Assembly: GCA_964016885.1 (NCBI GenBank)
Contig: OZ024746.1
Span: 81,716,001 to 81,780,000, forward strand
Reading direction: 5' to 3'
DNA length: 64,000 nt
Origin: Eledone cirrhosa
Lineage: Eukaryota
Shown: positions 39,392 through 51,864 of the stretch, one piece after another
Numbering within the stretch: the stretch's first letter is position 1
Layout of the letters: each line of letters starts with the position of its first letter
Position numbers and translations under genes: made by a program
Notes under the pieces: generated by a model
What the model was told of the DNA's origin: nothing
The model's database searches: none
Seen by the model: only the letters and a program-made list of their open reading frames with translations

Positions 39392-40490
39392 GTGAGAGTA
39401 GGAATGGAGTTTAGTGAGAAATTCCAGGTAAAAGTAGTTCATCAGGGTTCGGTCCTGAGCCCGCTCTTGTTCATTATAGTCCTCCAAGCCATAACAGAGG
39501 AGTTTAAGACTGGCTGCCCATGGGAACTTCTCTATGCTGATGATCTGGTTCTTATAGCAGAATCAGTAGAGGAACTAGAGAAGAAATTCTGGCTATGGAA
39601 ACAGCAGTTGGAATCAAGAGGACTGAGAGTGAACAAAGCTAAGACAAAAATGTTGATAAGTTGAAAAGAGGACAAAACTCTGATTCAATGGCCATGTTCA
39701 ATATGTAGAAATGGCCATGTTCGATATGTAGAAAAGGAACTGGCATAAATTCTATAAAATGTACACAATGCAGATCTTGGGTACACAAGAGATGTAGAGG
39801 GATAGCAGGCAAACTAACGGGTAGGGAAAACTACGTATGCAGTAGATGTACAGGGAAATTTGACAGTAGTAATCGCAGTGATAGACGCATTTTTCAAATG
39901 CAGGTGGGTTCTATAGAAGTGGTTGGTAGCTTCCGGTACCTAGGTGATCAGATTAGCATGGGAGGGAGGTTTTCCGAGGCCATAGTATCTAGAATAAGGA
40001 CGGGTTGGAAGAAGTTTAGGGAGCCTCTTCCTCTGTTGACAAAGAAGGGTTTCTCCCTGCGTACAAAGGGCTGGTTATATGATGCCTGTGTGAGATGCGC
40101 GATGCTGCATGGGCAGCAACTACAGAGGATATGCGACGGTTGGAGAGAAATGAAGCAAGCATGCTCCGTTGGATGTGCAATGTCAATGTGCGTGAACAAC
40201 CAAGCATAGATGAGTTTTGAGAGAGAAGACTGAGATAGTATGGACATGTGATGCACATGGGGGATGACTGCTGGGTAAAGAAGTGCCAAGAAATCCCAGT
40301 AGAAGCAAGACACAGTAGAAGAAGACCACGAAAAACATGGGCGGAGGTGGTGAGAGTAGACCTCATATTGCTGAAGCTCACGGGGGAGATGACGAAGGAC
40401 CGTGACAAGTGGAGAGATGCTGTGCTGAATAGGACCCGTCCCACCCTTGGAAGCAGGGAAAAGCGGACATAATATGATGATGATGATGAT
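39392..40490 (+). mobile_element. RTE LINE (second subfamily), 5'-truncated and degraded
   Basis: VHQGSVLSPLLF...PWELLYADDL...GLRVNKAKTK, FRYLGD, RPRKTWAEVVR...DRDKWR, then a (GAT)n tail. Confidence 0.92.
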
Positions 40491-40496
40491 ATATAT

Positions 40497-41532
40497 ATAT
40501 ATATATATAAAGTTGTAGTTTCTGTCTGTTTGTTTATTTGTTCACGAACTCCTCCTATGGTTTTGGAGATAGACCCCCATAACCATATATATTCTGAAAC
40601 TACATTGTCAAGGGTACTTGGATAAGTATATTTCATTTTAATCAAAGGGTTCCCCGGGGTCACAAACCCCCGCTGAAAATTTTTCCCTTTGATTTATATG
40701 AAATTTAAATCTTACGTAATGACAAGATATGATGCCTATTTCAGCAAATTTCAATAATATTAAGACACCCTAATGGGGGTTAAACCCCCTATAGTGAAAA
40801 TTTAGGCCAATAAATGGAACAAGATATATTGTAACAAGATTGCATGAGAACTTGATTGAAGCAACCACTATATTCGGGGCTTACAAAGGTCAAGCTCTTC
40901 TCATTCAGAGGATTCCACTTATACCAAGTGAAAGCGAGTTGCCTTTTACATTTATGAGGCTGCAGTTCCCAGTGAGGCCATACTTTGCCATGAGCATCAA
41001 TAAGAGTCAAGGTCAAACTTTCAAAACTATTGGTATAGATCTGACAAACCCATGTTTCAGTCATGGCATGTTTTATGTGGCTGTTTCAAGGACTGGAACT
41101 TCAAAACATCTCTACATTTTAGCCAATCAAAGAAAGACAAGAAATGTTGTTTACCCTGAAGTTCTTCATTTGGACAAAGTATGAAATATATTTTCATGTA
41201 TTTATTAAGTTAAAAAATAAATAATTAAACTTTGAATTTCTAATTTGAAAATAATGCTTTACACAAAAATGAAATGATCAAGTTTTGAATTGATATTTTG
41301 AAAAAAAATTATTTACAAGAAACAAAATAAGAATAAGATTTAATAATGTAATTTTGATTTGATATATTACAAAAAATAATGTTTTCCAATTTTTCATGCA
41401 TTGCACTTTACATTGAGTAATATTGAAATGCAGAGTTTTTCTCCATAAATTATATCACTGATTTAAAATCAATCATCATTTTCTTACACAAGAAATGTGT
41501 GAAACGCAGCTATGCGCGGGTAATTCGGCTAG
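40497..41532 (+). mobile_element. Internally deleted Helitron retaining the Pif1-helicase C-terminus
   Basis: ORF 40840-41184 reads RIPLIP...F.RLQFPVR..FAMSINKSQGQT...G.DL...CFSHG.FYVAVSR (RepHel helicase motifs V/VI). 3' end has the cgcagctatgcg hairpin then CTAG at 41529-41532. The 5' limit is blurred by (TA)n. Confidence 0.85.
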
Positions 41533-41542
41533 TATATATATA

Positions 41543-41708
41543 TATTCATTTATTAAGGCTAAATAGTGAGTCTTGTTACTCTGGAGTTTTGCCTGTATAA
41601 ACAGGTGAAACTCCAGAGTAACAAGACTCACCATTTTAGCCTTAATAAATTAATATTAAAACTCTACTTTGTTATTAAGTACTTGTTTCTCTCAGCTGTC
41701 AACCACAT
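41543..41708 (+). mobile_element. PLE-type fold-back insert with HHR 3' half plus about 50-nt tail
   Basis: Palindrome 41543-41656, right arm GAAAC-tccaga-GTA (stem III actc/gagt), tail actctact...aagta, (TA)n flanks. Confidence 0.7.
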
Positions 41709-41867
41709 ATAGATATATATCCTCCTCCTCATCATCATCATCATTGTTTAACATCCATTTTTCCACACTAGCATGGGTTAGACGAGTTGTCCAGATGAGA
41801 GCCAAGCCAGAGCAAATGATTGTCTCCAGCTCACACTGGAGCGATTTTGGCTTAATTTCTACTACTG

Positions 41868-42065
41868 GGTGTTTGTTGTTGTGACACATACATGGCCACT
41901 TTACAGTGTGGACTGGGTGCTTGTTGTTGTGACACCTACACGGCCACTTTATAGTGTGGACTGGGTGCTTGTTGTTGTGACACCTACACGGCCACTTTAC
42001 AGTGTGGACTGGGTGCTTGTTGTTGTGACACCTACACGACCACTTTATAGTGTGGACTAGGTGCT
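41868..42065 (-). repeat. About 49-bp tandem triplication inside a SINE/RTE 3' UTR
   Basis: ttgttgttgtgacacctacacggccactttacagtgtggactgggtgc repeated about 3.5 times. Confidence 0.85.
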
Positions 42066-42467
42066 TTTTGTCATGGCACCAGAAACGATCACATTATAGT
42101 GTAGATTGTGGTGGGGGAGGTTCATGGGGATTGAAGTAGATCTAGGGTGGGGCACTTATCAGGTGAGGGGTGGATCAAGAGCGCTGTTAGGGCAAGAAGA
42201 CCTGTATGAGGTGATAAAAGCCGATCTTGCCCAATTACACCTCTCAAGACCTCTGGCATTAAGCGACAAAAAGCACCCAGTACTCACTGTAAATGAGGGT
42301 GGCGTTAGGATGGGCATCCAGCTGTAGAAATCAAACCAAAATTAGTTCTTTATGAGCAAGACATGGTCACCTGACCTGGCATTGCCCACAACAGGACAGC
42401 TGATCTAACCCATGCTAATATGAAAAAATAGACAAAACGGTAATGATAATGATGATGATAATATATA

Positions 42468-43277
42468 TCATCATCATCAAGGTTTAGCGTCCGTGTTCCA
42501 CGCTTGCATGTGTTTGGACGGGGGTTTTCCCACTTGAGGCAAGAGTGGTTGTCTTGCTCGCATAGGACTGTCTGGCGGGTTTTCTACAGCTGGATGCCCT
42601 TCCTAACACCAACCACATTTACAGTGTGGGGCTGGGAGGTTTTTACCGTGTTGCCTACACGGCCACATTACAGCGTGGACTGTCTGGCGGGTTTTCTACA
42701 GCTGGATGCCCTTCCTAACACCAACCACATTTACAGTGTGGGGCTGGGAGGTTTTTACCGTGTTGCCTACACGGCCACATTTACAGCGTGGACTGTGTGT
42801 TTTTTTGTCGTGACACCTACACGATCTCATTTGTTTCGGCCTGGATGTTGTGGCACCAACATAACTTTACATTGAAAGGGGCGGTGTGGATGGGGTGGGG
42901 GTGGTGGGACGGAGGTGTGTTTTGATAGAGATGCCTATTGACTGTAGTAGGTTTTACTTTGTATTTAGGTAAGGCGGGTCTTCTCTATTACTGAGTACCG
43001 CCAAAGGTCTCGATCCAGTGACATTGTCTTGGAGAGGTGTAAGCGTGTGAGGTCGGAATTTATCATGTCGTCCCAGGTTTTTCTGGGCCTGCCTACTCCG
43101 TGGCTACCATCTATCTTTATTGCCCTGCACTTTGTTATACAGCTGTCGTCTTTCATGCGCATAACGTGACCATACCAACGTAGTCTTCTCTCGAGTAAAC
43201 AACAGCTGATCCCTCTTATTTCTAATTTTTTCCTTAGTTCGTTTATGCTTAGCCGTTCACGTATATTACTATTGCAC

Positions 43278-43283
<6 letters not shown>
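42468..43283 (-). mobile_element. RTE LINE family A 3' end with internal duplication of about 114 bp
   Basis: ORF 42965-43279 is nearly identical to the 35390-35705 peptide. 42567-42680 is duplicated at 42681-42795. Confidence 0.92.
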
Positions 43284-43325
<42 letters not shown>

Positions 43326-43621
43326 GCAGTGTTTACATTTCTTTATCAGAGATGCTAAAATAAAAAAAAACACTCATGTATAGGAGTCAATTAAATCAAC
43401 TATTCTAAAAGCCCCAACTCCATTCCAATGTGAGATGACAATTTTTTTTAAAATATATTAGTTTGAAGAGGAAGAATAGGGACCATAAAGTGCTAATATC
43501 TTCCAAAATTAGGAGATTTATTCAAATGAGTTTAATATTTTTATGTTTATTTGAAATGTTGATCTATGGCTAAAAAGAATGAAAATTAAATGGTGGTAGG
43601 GTGAAACATTTTCTGTATTAC

Positions 43622-43714
43622 CTGGTAAAATTGGAACATTAGGAAAAGCTTCTTTGTGTAGTTTTGCAGTCTTTTCCTGGTATTCCTCAACAGTCAAAGG
43701 AAGATGAGCTTCAT
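43622..43714 (-). CDS. PUDP: PUDP/HDHD1-like internal coding exon
   Basis: cttcag|AT GAA GCT ... CCA G|gtaat, giving (D)EAHLPLTVEEYQEKTAKLHKEAFPNVPILP(G), the HDHD1 cap segment LP...EE...LKE.FP...LMPG. 93 nt, phase 1-1, compatible with both neighbouring exons. Confidence 0.88.
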
Positions 43715-43928
43715 CTGAAGAAAATATGGAAAACAAGACAAGTGTGAGCAACAGGTATTTTACTTAGTTAAAATAAAATGTTGTAGCTTGTTTGAAGTAT
43801 TGTATATAATATATAATGTGGAAAGTGATATAAGGCTAAACAATGCAAAATGGACAGTAAGATGAAGGTAACAAAAAAAGTTAGTTACCTGGTAATCTTT
43901 TTTTTGTTTTTATGTTGCTGTTGTTTCT

Positions 43929-43976
43929 TTCGTACTAATATTTCGGGACTTAAAATTCACTTCTTCAGAGTATGAA
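43929..43976 (-). ncRNA. Degenerate minimal hammerhead motif
   Basis: Minus strand: ttcatact-CTGAAGA-agtgaattttaagtccc-GAAA-tatt-agtacgaa. Stem I is largely retained, stem II is eroded. Confidence 0.45.
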
Positions 43977-44158
43977 GAACTCTCAGAGAAAAATGTTACT
44001 TAGTTATGTTTCAAATATTATATTCTTAAGTAAAAAGGGTAGAAATTTGGTACAAACAGTAGAGCATTGGCTAAAAGAATAATTCTACTTGAGGAGACAT
44101 TGATTTTTTCCTCACAGGATTAGGAAATGAATACCAGTAATATGTTGGTCAATTAAAA

Positions 44159-44358
44159 TACTGTATATACTCAAATATAAGCTGACCCTCCCGCTATTTC
44201 ATGTCTGAGAAATACAAAAATACAAACCTCATTTATAAGTAGAGGCAGGTAATCAACAAATTATGTTTAGATGATAAATATAATCTGACACCCACCCCCA
44301 TTTTACCATCAATATTTTGGTCACAAAATCCTTGGCTTATATTCAAGTATATATGGTA
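44159..44358. mobile_element. Tigger/pogo-like MITE
   Basis: tactgtatatactcaaatataagc...gcttatattcaagtatatatggta TIRs. Confidence 0.6.
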
Positions 44359-47300
44359 ATTAAATTTTAGAATGAGCATTGTGCAAGAGCAGATAAAAAT
44401 CCTTATATTCATTTATAAAGTAGCAAGCACTATAAAATAAAATAAGATAAAATAGACAAACCTTATGATTTATCAAAGTGGTGGGAGTGTTTTAAATTTG
44501 TTAAGTTGAAAATGTGAGCATCTCAAACTTCAGAAAATAACTGTAATAACAGTCCTCTTAGTAGTGATTGACTGATATTACAATTATTTTATGTGTTCAA
44601 AACGCTCTCATTTTCAAATTATCAAAATGGAATTAAATAAATTTAAAAAAAATGGACACTGCAGTTACAAATTTCAATTCAAAATATTTTCATTAATTTT
44701 TCCAAAGAATTTCTTTAGCTTTTATCTAAATGTAAGATAGGACTATTTCAATTCTTTATCTCATTACAGTTTCTAGTATTGTATTTACATAAAAATATAA
44801 AATGAAAAGGAAAGTAATCATTAACAGAGATTGAACCCTGTAACTTTTGTTTGAGTTCTGTTTCCAACTGAACTAACTAAGCTTATTTATAATCTTCATA
44901 CAAGCAAACTTGACTTTGAGACCTATCATAAGTTAGAAAACTGTGTATATAGAAAAATCCCTTTCAATAGATTGCCCTACAACATTAACCTTATTTTAAA
45001 ATAGGTCAATATTAAAATTACAAAACTAACCATACAAATAGATCATGACCAAATTACAGCCTTAGTTCTGTTTGAATTATAGGTCATGACCCACATTAAA
45101 AGACTAATTTGAAAATGCCTCATGACCAAAGTTACAACCATAAACTAATTAGAAAGTTGTTTAAAATTTATCAAGCTACAATTATATCAAACAGTCCAAT
45201 TACATATCAATAGAATAGGAAAACAAACAGCAGACATCATCATCATAGAGACAGAAATGCAAAGGGTCTAGACTAAATGGTTTGCTCTATTTAATTAAAA
45301 TCCTTTACAATTTCAGTCCAAATCCTACTAGTGTTGACTTTATCTATCATCTGTCCATGTTCAATTAAATAAGTACTAATAATGCTTTATGGTCCAGTCA
45401 AACAACAACAACCTTCTTTATAAATTTGGGACATTGTATTGAAGTCTACTATCAATCATCATCATTATTTAATAGCCATTTACCCTGCTAGCAAGGGTTG
45501 GACATGTCACCACAGATCAGTCAATACTCAAGCAGAGACTCTGACCTTAGGATGAGTCAGAAGCCCTGACATGATTCTGTGCTCTACTGAGTGAATTTAT
45601 TGTAGCACCAACACTAGGGAGGTTGTCATATCTATAGCACAACCGAAGAGTCCTGCCATGTTAGTAAAGCAAAGATAAAAAATAATGTAGAATTTCAGAT
45701 TGAAGAACTCTTTTCAGATGCTTCCACAGGTTTGATGCATGGAATTTATGTAAATTTGCTTTTTAACTGGCCATAAGATCTACTTTGTTGTGATATTCTA
45801 TAGACAACATAATTATATTAACTATAATAGTAAATAAATTTAGTATATCATTTTCATTTCCTAATAACTTTACAGCTGCCTTTTTCTTTTTGCCTCCGAC
45901 CCTATATAAGTAGGATGGTTCTGTAAATTCAGGAAGTCATATGATTTTTTTTTAAACATTTCATAAACATTTTGATTATGTCTGACAACCCTGATGAAAG
46001 TGTAGTATCTATTTTTGAACAAGTATTAACCCCCCCCCCCAAAAAAAAACCCATCCAGAGAGGAAATTATATGTTTATTGATTGTATATATCTATAGATT
46101 GTATGAGGCTACTGTTGTTAATATTAAATTAACTAAAATGTAAACACCCTCAAATTGGTAAGTACACGTAGTATTTCTGCCAATAATCTCATACAATAAG
46201 CCTATAAATTAGCTTGTTCTTTGTAAGATTTTCAAACTACCTAGTACCTATTCTTGATAAAGTGAATAGTGTTCAGATAGTTCAAATATACAATGAAGGA
46301 TTTTTAAGCTGGCATCAACAATATAATAGCAGTTCCATGCCTCTTTCTTCTCAGCATCATTGACAGTGAATGTACCGCTATCATTCTACACATATTTTTT
46401 ATAAAAATTGTCTTACACAGATATAGTTCAATAGCATATCCACACACATCATTCAGTTTCTAAACACTCAGTACACACAGTGAAGTGGTTGGTTGGTTTG
46501 TTGGTTGGTTGGCATAAGGAAAAGGATCCAGCCATAGAAACTATGTAAGAATGAAATTTTCTAGTGAGACGCAGTCATCTGACCTGTCTGGTCTCAGAAC
46601 ACAACAATCCATCTAACCCATGCAAGCATGAAAAATAGATGTATAATGGTGATGATGATGATGACAATAATGATGACAACGTCGATGATGATGATGATGA
46701 ACACAGAACTATTTCACTTATCTGCTGTGCATTGCTTGGTTTTCTCCAGTTAACCCAACTGTACAAGCTGACAATCATACCCCACAGTTGCTTCTAGCAA
46801 CAATATTAGTTAATTGATAATTTTTCAATGGCTATAGTATCATTTTTATCAAAGTTCTATAGTTGATATCATCATCGTCATCATCACTGCTAGCATGGGT
46901 TAAGTATATCAACAATATAATTGATGTTTCAGTCTGCTTTCAATATTGATTTCCTTTAACTAGTACAAGACCAATTTTTGTAAGGTGGTGAATTGGCAGA
47001 AGCATTATGAGTGTTATGCAAAATGCCTAGCAGTATTTATTTGCTCTAGCTCCTTGCATTCCATGTTCAAATCTTGATAAGGTTAACTTTGCTTTCGTTC
47101 TTTTGGAGTGTATTACTAGAGTATCAGTCAGGACAGTGTGAAATTGTTAGAGAATTGGATGGGGTGCCTTGCAGTATTTGTTTTGGCTTTTTTGTGTAGA
47201 CTAAATTTGTCATTGAGTTTAACACCATTACTTGGACCTTGGTTAACTTTAGCAGTGTCCATTTTGTTACAAGCATCTAAGCCAGGTCTCTAGTTTGATG

Positions 47301-48935
47301 ATGTCATTCTACCAGTCTTAAAAGCTTTTTTTAAAATAAGCAATGGAAAAAAAATCAATTGAATAAACCTCAGTATTTTACTGTTAAATATTTTATCATC
47401 CCAGGAAAAACAAAAGTAAAATCTGACTTCAATAAAGTTTAATTTCAGAGAGGAATGGGAGTAAACTAAATAGATATTCAGCCTAATACTCTGATCCCAC
47501 TGCTTCAAATATTTTAGCAAAATGTCTTAATTACCAAACACATGCAACCTATACTATTATTGTTTCAACTGAAACAAAGATATTGAACAATAATTTTTCT
47601 CTGTCTTATATAAATTTTTATTTTCATTGCAATGGTATTTTATGGAAACTAATTCAAGTGAAGATTGACTTAACCTTTTATTTCTCCAGAGACAATGAGG
47701 GATGGGAAAGATGCTCCCATATATTTAAAAATAACAGTTAACAAATGTAATGATATCTAAAAGCTGTGACTATGTAAGTGAAAACATAGATTTACTATAA
47801 ATTTGATGACAAAGTAAAGTTTTTCAAAGAAAAAATTAAGTAACAAAATACTGCAATCCAAGACAAAAGAACTTTGTGAAATTATAGATGGACATCACCA
47901 TTCTGAGGCCCACAGAGGGCAGTAAATGCCATATGTAATAATAGGAACTGTAACATTTACACTAAGAAGCTGATCTGATAATGGTCATTGTTTCAAGTAG
48001 AATACAAACAAGCAGATGAGATCATGATTTCTCATACTACCATTTCCACTACCTCCATCACTGCTCCTTTATAAATTTTGGTTAGCTCCAAGAAAAAAGA
48101 CTAAGTGAACTTAACTCAACATCATGATGATACACTGAAGTTATGCTTGCTTTTGTTAGTTCAGCTGTCTACACTGGTCTTCACCAAGTTGATTGTCTTC
48201 CACTTCTGCACCCTAGAGATGTCATCTGACATTTCATTGTTTTGACAGAGAAACCTTTCAGCTGGTTCTAAGGGACAATAGAAGCAATAAAATACACACA
48301 CACACACACACACACACACAAATGTACTGTATGCAAGCACTCACAGCTAGTGAAAAAAGAAACATCATCATATAACTGTAAACTAAAATCTGTTTGTTTT
48401 ATAATCTTAGAACTCAATGATTGAGAATGGTTAGATCTCCTAATGTCCAACTTCTTTTCTCATTCTATGCACACACACACACACACACACACACATAAAT
48501 ACATATCTAGATAGATGTAAATATACATGTTGAAAAGGGTTTTCTTTAATCATTTTATCTTATTTATTTCATTCTTATGTTTTCTCTTCAGGAGGTAGGT
48601 TCTACTTCATGCTCAACCTTCCAGTATTTATTACATAAAGGAATAGTCCTTTCTGTTTCAGGAGGAGATGGGGTGGGGTGCTTCACAATTCTTTTAATCA
48701 GTTTAAATGCCTATTTCTCGGAATGTTATGAGTATGCAGGAAATAGCAGACTTAAGACTCAGTTAAGAGCTTTACTTAAGGATATAGAAGATAATTCTGA
48801 TTTCAGTGCACAGTCATCATAATCATCTTTACATGCTAGCATGGGTTGGATGGGACTTTTTGAGGCAATGATTTACAGCCAGATTCCTTTCCTGAAATTA
48901 ACCCTCTTAGTCACTTCTTACATCATGCAGGGATA

Positions 48936-49278
48936 TCATCATCATCATCATCATTTTACGTCCACTTTTTCCCTGCTTGCAAGGGTGGGACGGGAACTGA
49001 TTCTGGCTTGATTTCTACAGCTGGATGCCCTTCCTAACACCAACCTCATTTACAGTGAGTGCTGGGTACTTTTTTGCCGTGGCACCTCCACGACCACTTT
49101 GCAGTGGAATGATAGGGACCCCAGTCCCTATCATCTCATTTCTACAGCTGAGTAAACTGGAGCAACGTGAAATAAAGTGTCTTGCTCAAGGAAACAACAC
49201 ATCACCCGGTCTGAGAATTGAACTCACAACCTTTCGATTGCAAGGTCAATGCTCTAACCACTAAGCCATGTGCCTCCA
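48936..49278 (-). mobile_element. tRNA-headed SINE family A
   Basis: Near-identical to 14666-15008. Confidence 0.85.
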
Positions 49279-49475
49279 TTATGGTGTACTAAATCTAAAC
49301 TGGATACACACATTTAAAATTGGGCATTTGAAAATGGCATGTATGATGTGAAATGATAAAGTGCTGTAGTAGAACTCTACTACAGCACTTTACAGCATTA
49401 GTTGTTTTTTGGTCAGGTAAGCCAGTGTCATAGAACAAGTCCTTTCCCCTATATAACAATAATATTTCCACTTAC

Positions 49476-49601
49476 CAATTAAGATTTTTGCAGCATCATA
49501 TTCTTTCTTACCCATTATTTTGGCTTTAATTTCCCACGTGAATTTCGAGCCAAATTCATTACATATCTCTTCAGAAACCTCCGTATAGATCCTTTCGGTA
49601 T
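49476..49601 (-). CDS. PUDP: Pseudouridine-5'-phosphatase (HDHD1/GS1-like HAD hydrolase), internal coding exon (probably exon 2)
   Basis: Minus strand reads tttcag|AT ACC GAA AGG ... ATT G|gtaag. Translation (D)TERIYTEVSEEICNEFGSKFTWEIKAKIMGKKEYDAAKILI resembles the HDHD1 segment DTERLYS...YSWDVKSLVMGKK...AAQII. 126 nt, phase 1-1. Not captured in this frame by the ORF track. Confidence 0.9.
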
Positions 49602-49605
49602 CTGA

Positions 49606-49659
<54 letters not shown>

Positions 49660-49840
49660 TGGTCCCGCCCCGCTTTTTGGAACACTTCAAAAGGCATGCT
49701 TGCTGGGAACAGCAAGAACTCTCCGATATGTCCTGAATATCTGAGGCTGCAGGTAGTGGCTTGATATTCATTTCAACAAACTTTCCAGTTAAATAACATC
49801 AATGACTGAGACTCAAAGAACAATAATAATAATAATAATA
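49660..49840 (+). mobile_element. R4/Dong-like (RLE) LINE 3' end inserted in (TAA)n
   Basis: LQKACLLGTARTLRYVLNI* then a short UTR, with (TAA)n on both sides. Confidence 0.7.
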
Positions 49841-50017
49841 ATTGTTTCTACTTTAGGCACAAGGCCAGCAATTACCCAGTGCATTACTGGTACTTTATTT
49901 TATCGATCCCGTAAGGATGAAAGGCAAAGTCAACCTCAACGGGATTTGAACTCAGATCGTAAAGGGACGTAACTATGCTGGAAAGCATGGCGTCCGACCC
50001 TCTACCGATACTGCCAA
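49840..50017 (-). mobile_element. SINE family B
   Basis: Matches 14170-14357 and is the reverse complement of 50290-50483. Confidence 0.8.
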
Positions 50018-50029
50018 TAATAATAATAA

Positions 50030-50255
50030 TATCGCAGCAAAAGAATTTGACAATCTAAGAAAATATAAAGCTCTTCTCATTGAAATTGTGGCATCTATAG
50101 ACCATTACAAAATCAGTGATTGTAGGAACACTGGGAATGATCAAGAAAGGAACAGAACAGTATTTAAGAATGAGCCCTGGTTTACCCTCTCTCCAAAAGG
50201 TGCAAAAAATTGTTTTAACTGGTACTGCACATTTATTGAGAAGAGCAATGTTGGC
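50030..50255 (+). mobile_element. R4/Dong-like LINE RLE-domain C-terminal fragment
   Basis: KEFD.L.KYK.LLIEI...VIVGTLGMIKKG...PG.PSLQ.VQKIVLTGTAHLLRRA, starting at (TAA)n. Confidence 0.75.
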
Positions 50256-50289
50256 AATGTATATACTTTATAGGTATTATATGTATAAA

Positions 50290-50483
50290 GGGCGGTGGAT
50301 TGGCAGTATCGGTAGAGGGTCAGGCGCCAAGCTTTGCAGCAAAGAGTTACGGCCCTTTATGGTCTGAGTTCAAATCCCACCGAGGTTAACTTTGCCTTTC
50401 ATCCTTACGGGGGTCGATAAAATAAAGTACCAGTAATACACTAGGATAATTGCTGGCCTTGTGCCAAAAGTAGAAACAATTAT
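50290..50483 (+). mobile_element. SINE family B
   Basis: tggcagtatcggtagag (A-box-like), gagttcaaatccc (B box), shared body. Confidence 0.8.
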
Positions 50484-50801
50484 ATGTATAAAATGTGTGC
50501 TCTCTCATACATAGGAAATTTAAATTTTGAACCCAGTTAACCATAACTATGATATTGGTTGGAAAATATTGATTGTCAATATTGTATTTTTGCAGCAAAC
50601 AAAGAGCTTAATTGGACACAAATTATTCAATGGGGCTGATATTAAAGAAATTTAAAGATAAAATCTCTGTATCAACTGAGTGAATGATGATAAAATATTA
50701 AAGATATTTAGCCAACACAAATTTTAGGCATTAGCTACAACAGTTAAGAAGATAATGAAATTCAAAAATGAATATTTTTTTGGTGTGTATGTATGTGTGT
50801 G

Positions 50802-50854
<53 letters not shown>

Positions 50855-51791
50855 TCATCATCGTTTAACATCTATCTTCCATGCTAGCATGGGTTTAGAC
50901 AGGAATTGTCCCACTTGAGACAAGATTGGTCATCTCGCTCGTATAGGACTGTCTGGCATGTTTTCTATGGCTGGATGCCCTTCCTAACACCAACCACATT
51001 TACAGTGTGGACTATATATATATATATGTATATATATATTATTTAAGTCTGAGATGAAAGCAGTGAATTGGAAGTGTCATTAAAACATTGAATAGACTGC
51101 CTGGTTGTCTTTGTTCCAGCTCAGTTGCTCCATGTTAAAATCCTGCTAAGATCAGTTTTGCTTTTCATCCTTTCAGGGTTGATAAAGTATCAGTCTAGGG
51201 TAGTTGTTACAGTAATAGACAAGATGCCTTTGTATTCTGAATTCAAATTCGATTCCCTACAACTGGCCTCTACATAGTACGAAACATGACTTTGGGGATT
51301 TGGCTAACAGTGAAAAGGCCCCCCATATTAAATGGAGGGATGTGTTCATTGAAGTAACATCTTAGTTGTATCAATAAAACAAGGTCACCCGCACAAAGCA
51401 AGATAAACTCTAGAACAATAAAAAGAAGTGTTGGATTGCCTAACATCTTTCCCATTATCATCATCAATTAAAGTTTAAGTCTGCTTTCTCTGTTAGCATA
51501 GGTTTGATGGGTTATCATAGACCAAGTCAGTACTGAAGCACGGCTCCTGATCTCCTGGATAGGCCAGGAGTCTACATTTCACTTACATACAGTCCCACAT
51601 TGTACAGAGTGCATTTTATCGTGGCAGCAAATCAAATGAGGTTGTCATGACTTTGACACTGAAAATCCTGGCACAGCCTATCCCTCTCTAGGTGATTTCT
51701 TCCAGAGAAGTGGAAAGAGAAAGAGTGTAAGTGAGAAAGAGATATAGAGGAGGAATTGGCCCCCAATACTAGGAAAATAGATGTTAAATGG

Positions 51792-51864
<73 letters not shown>

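Noticed and set aside
40840-41184. Host PIF1 helicase gene
   Set aside because: An intronless C-terminal fragment followed by a Helitron hairpin and CTAG end, so it is transposon-derived.
45991-46025. CTGATGA followed by gaac
   Set aside because: No GAAA box and no convincing helices.
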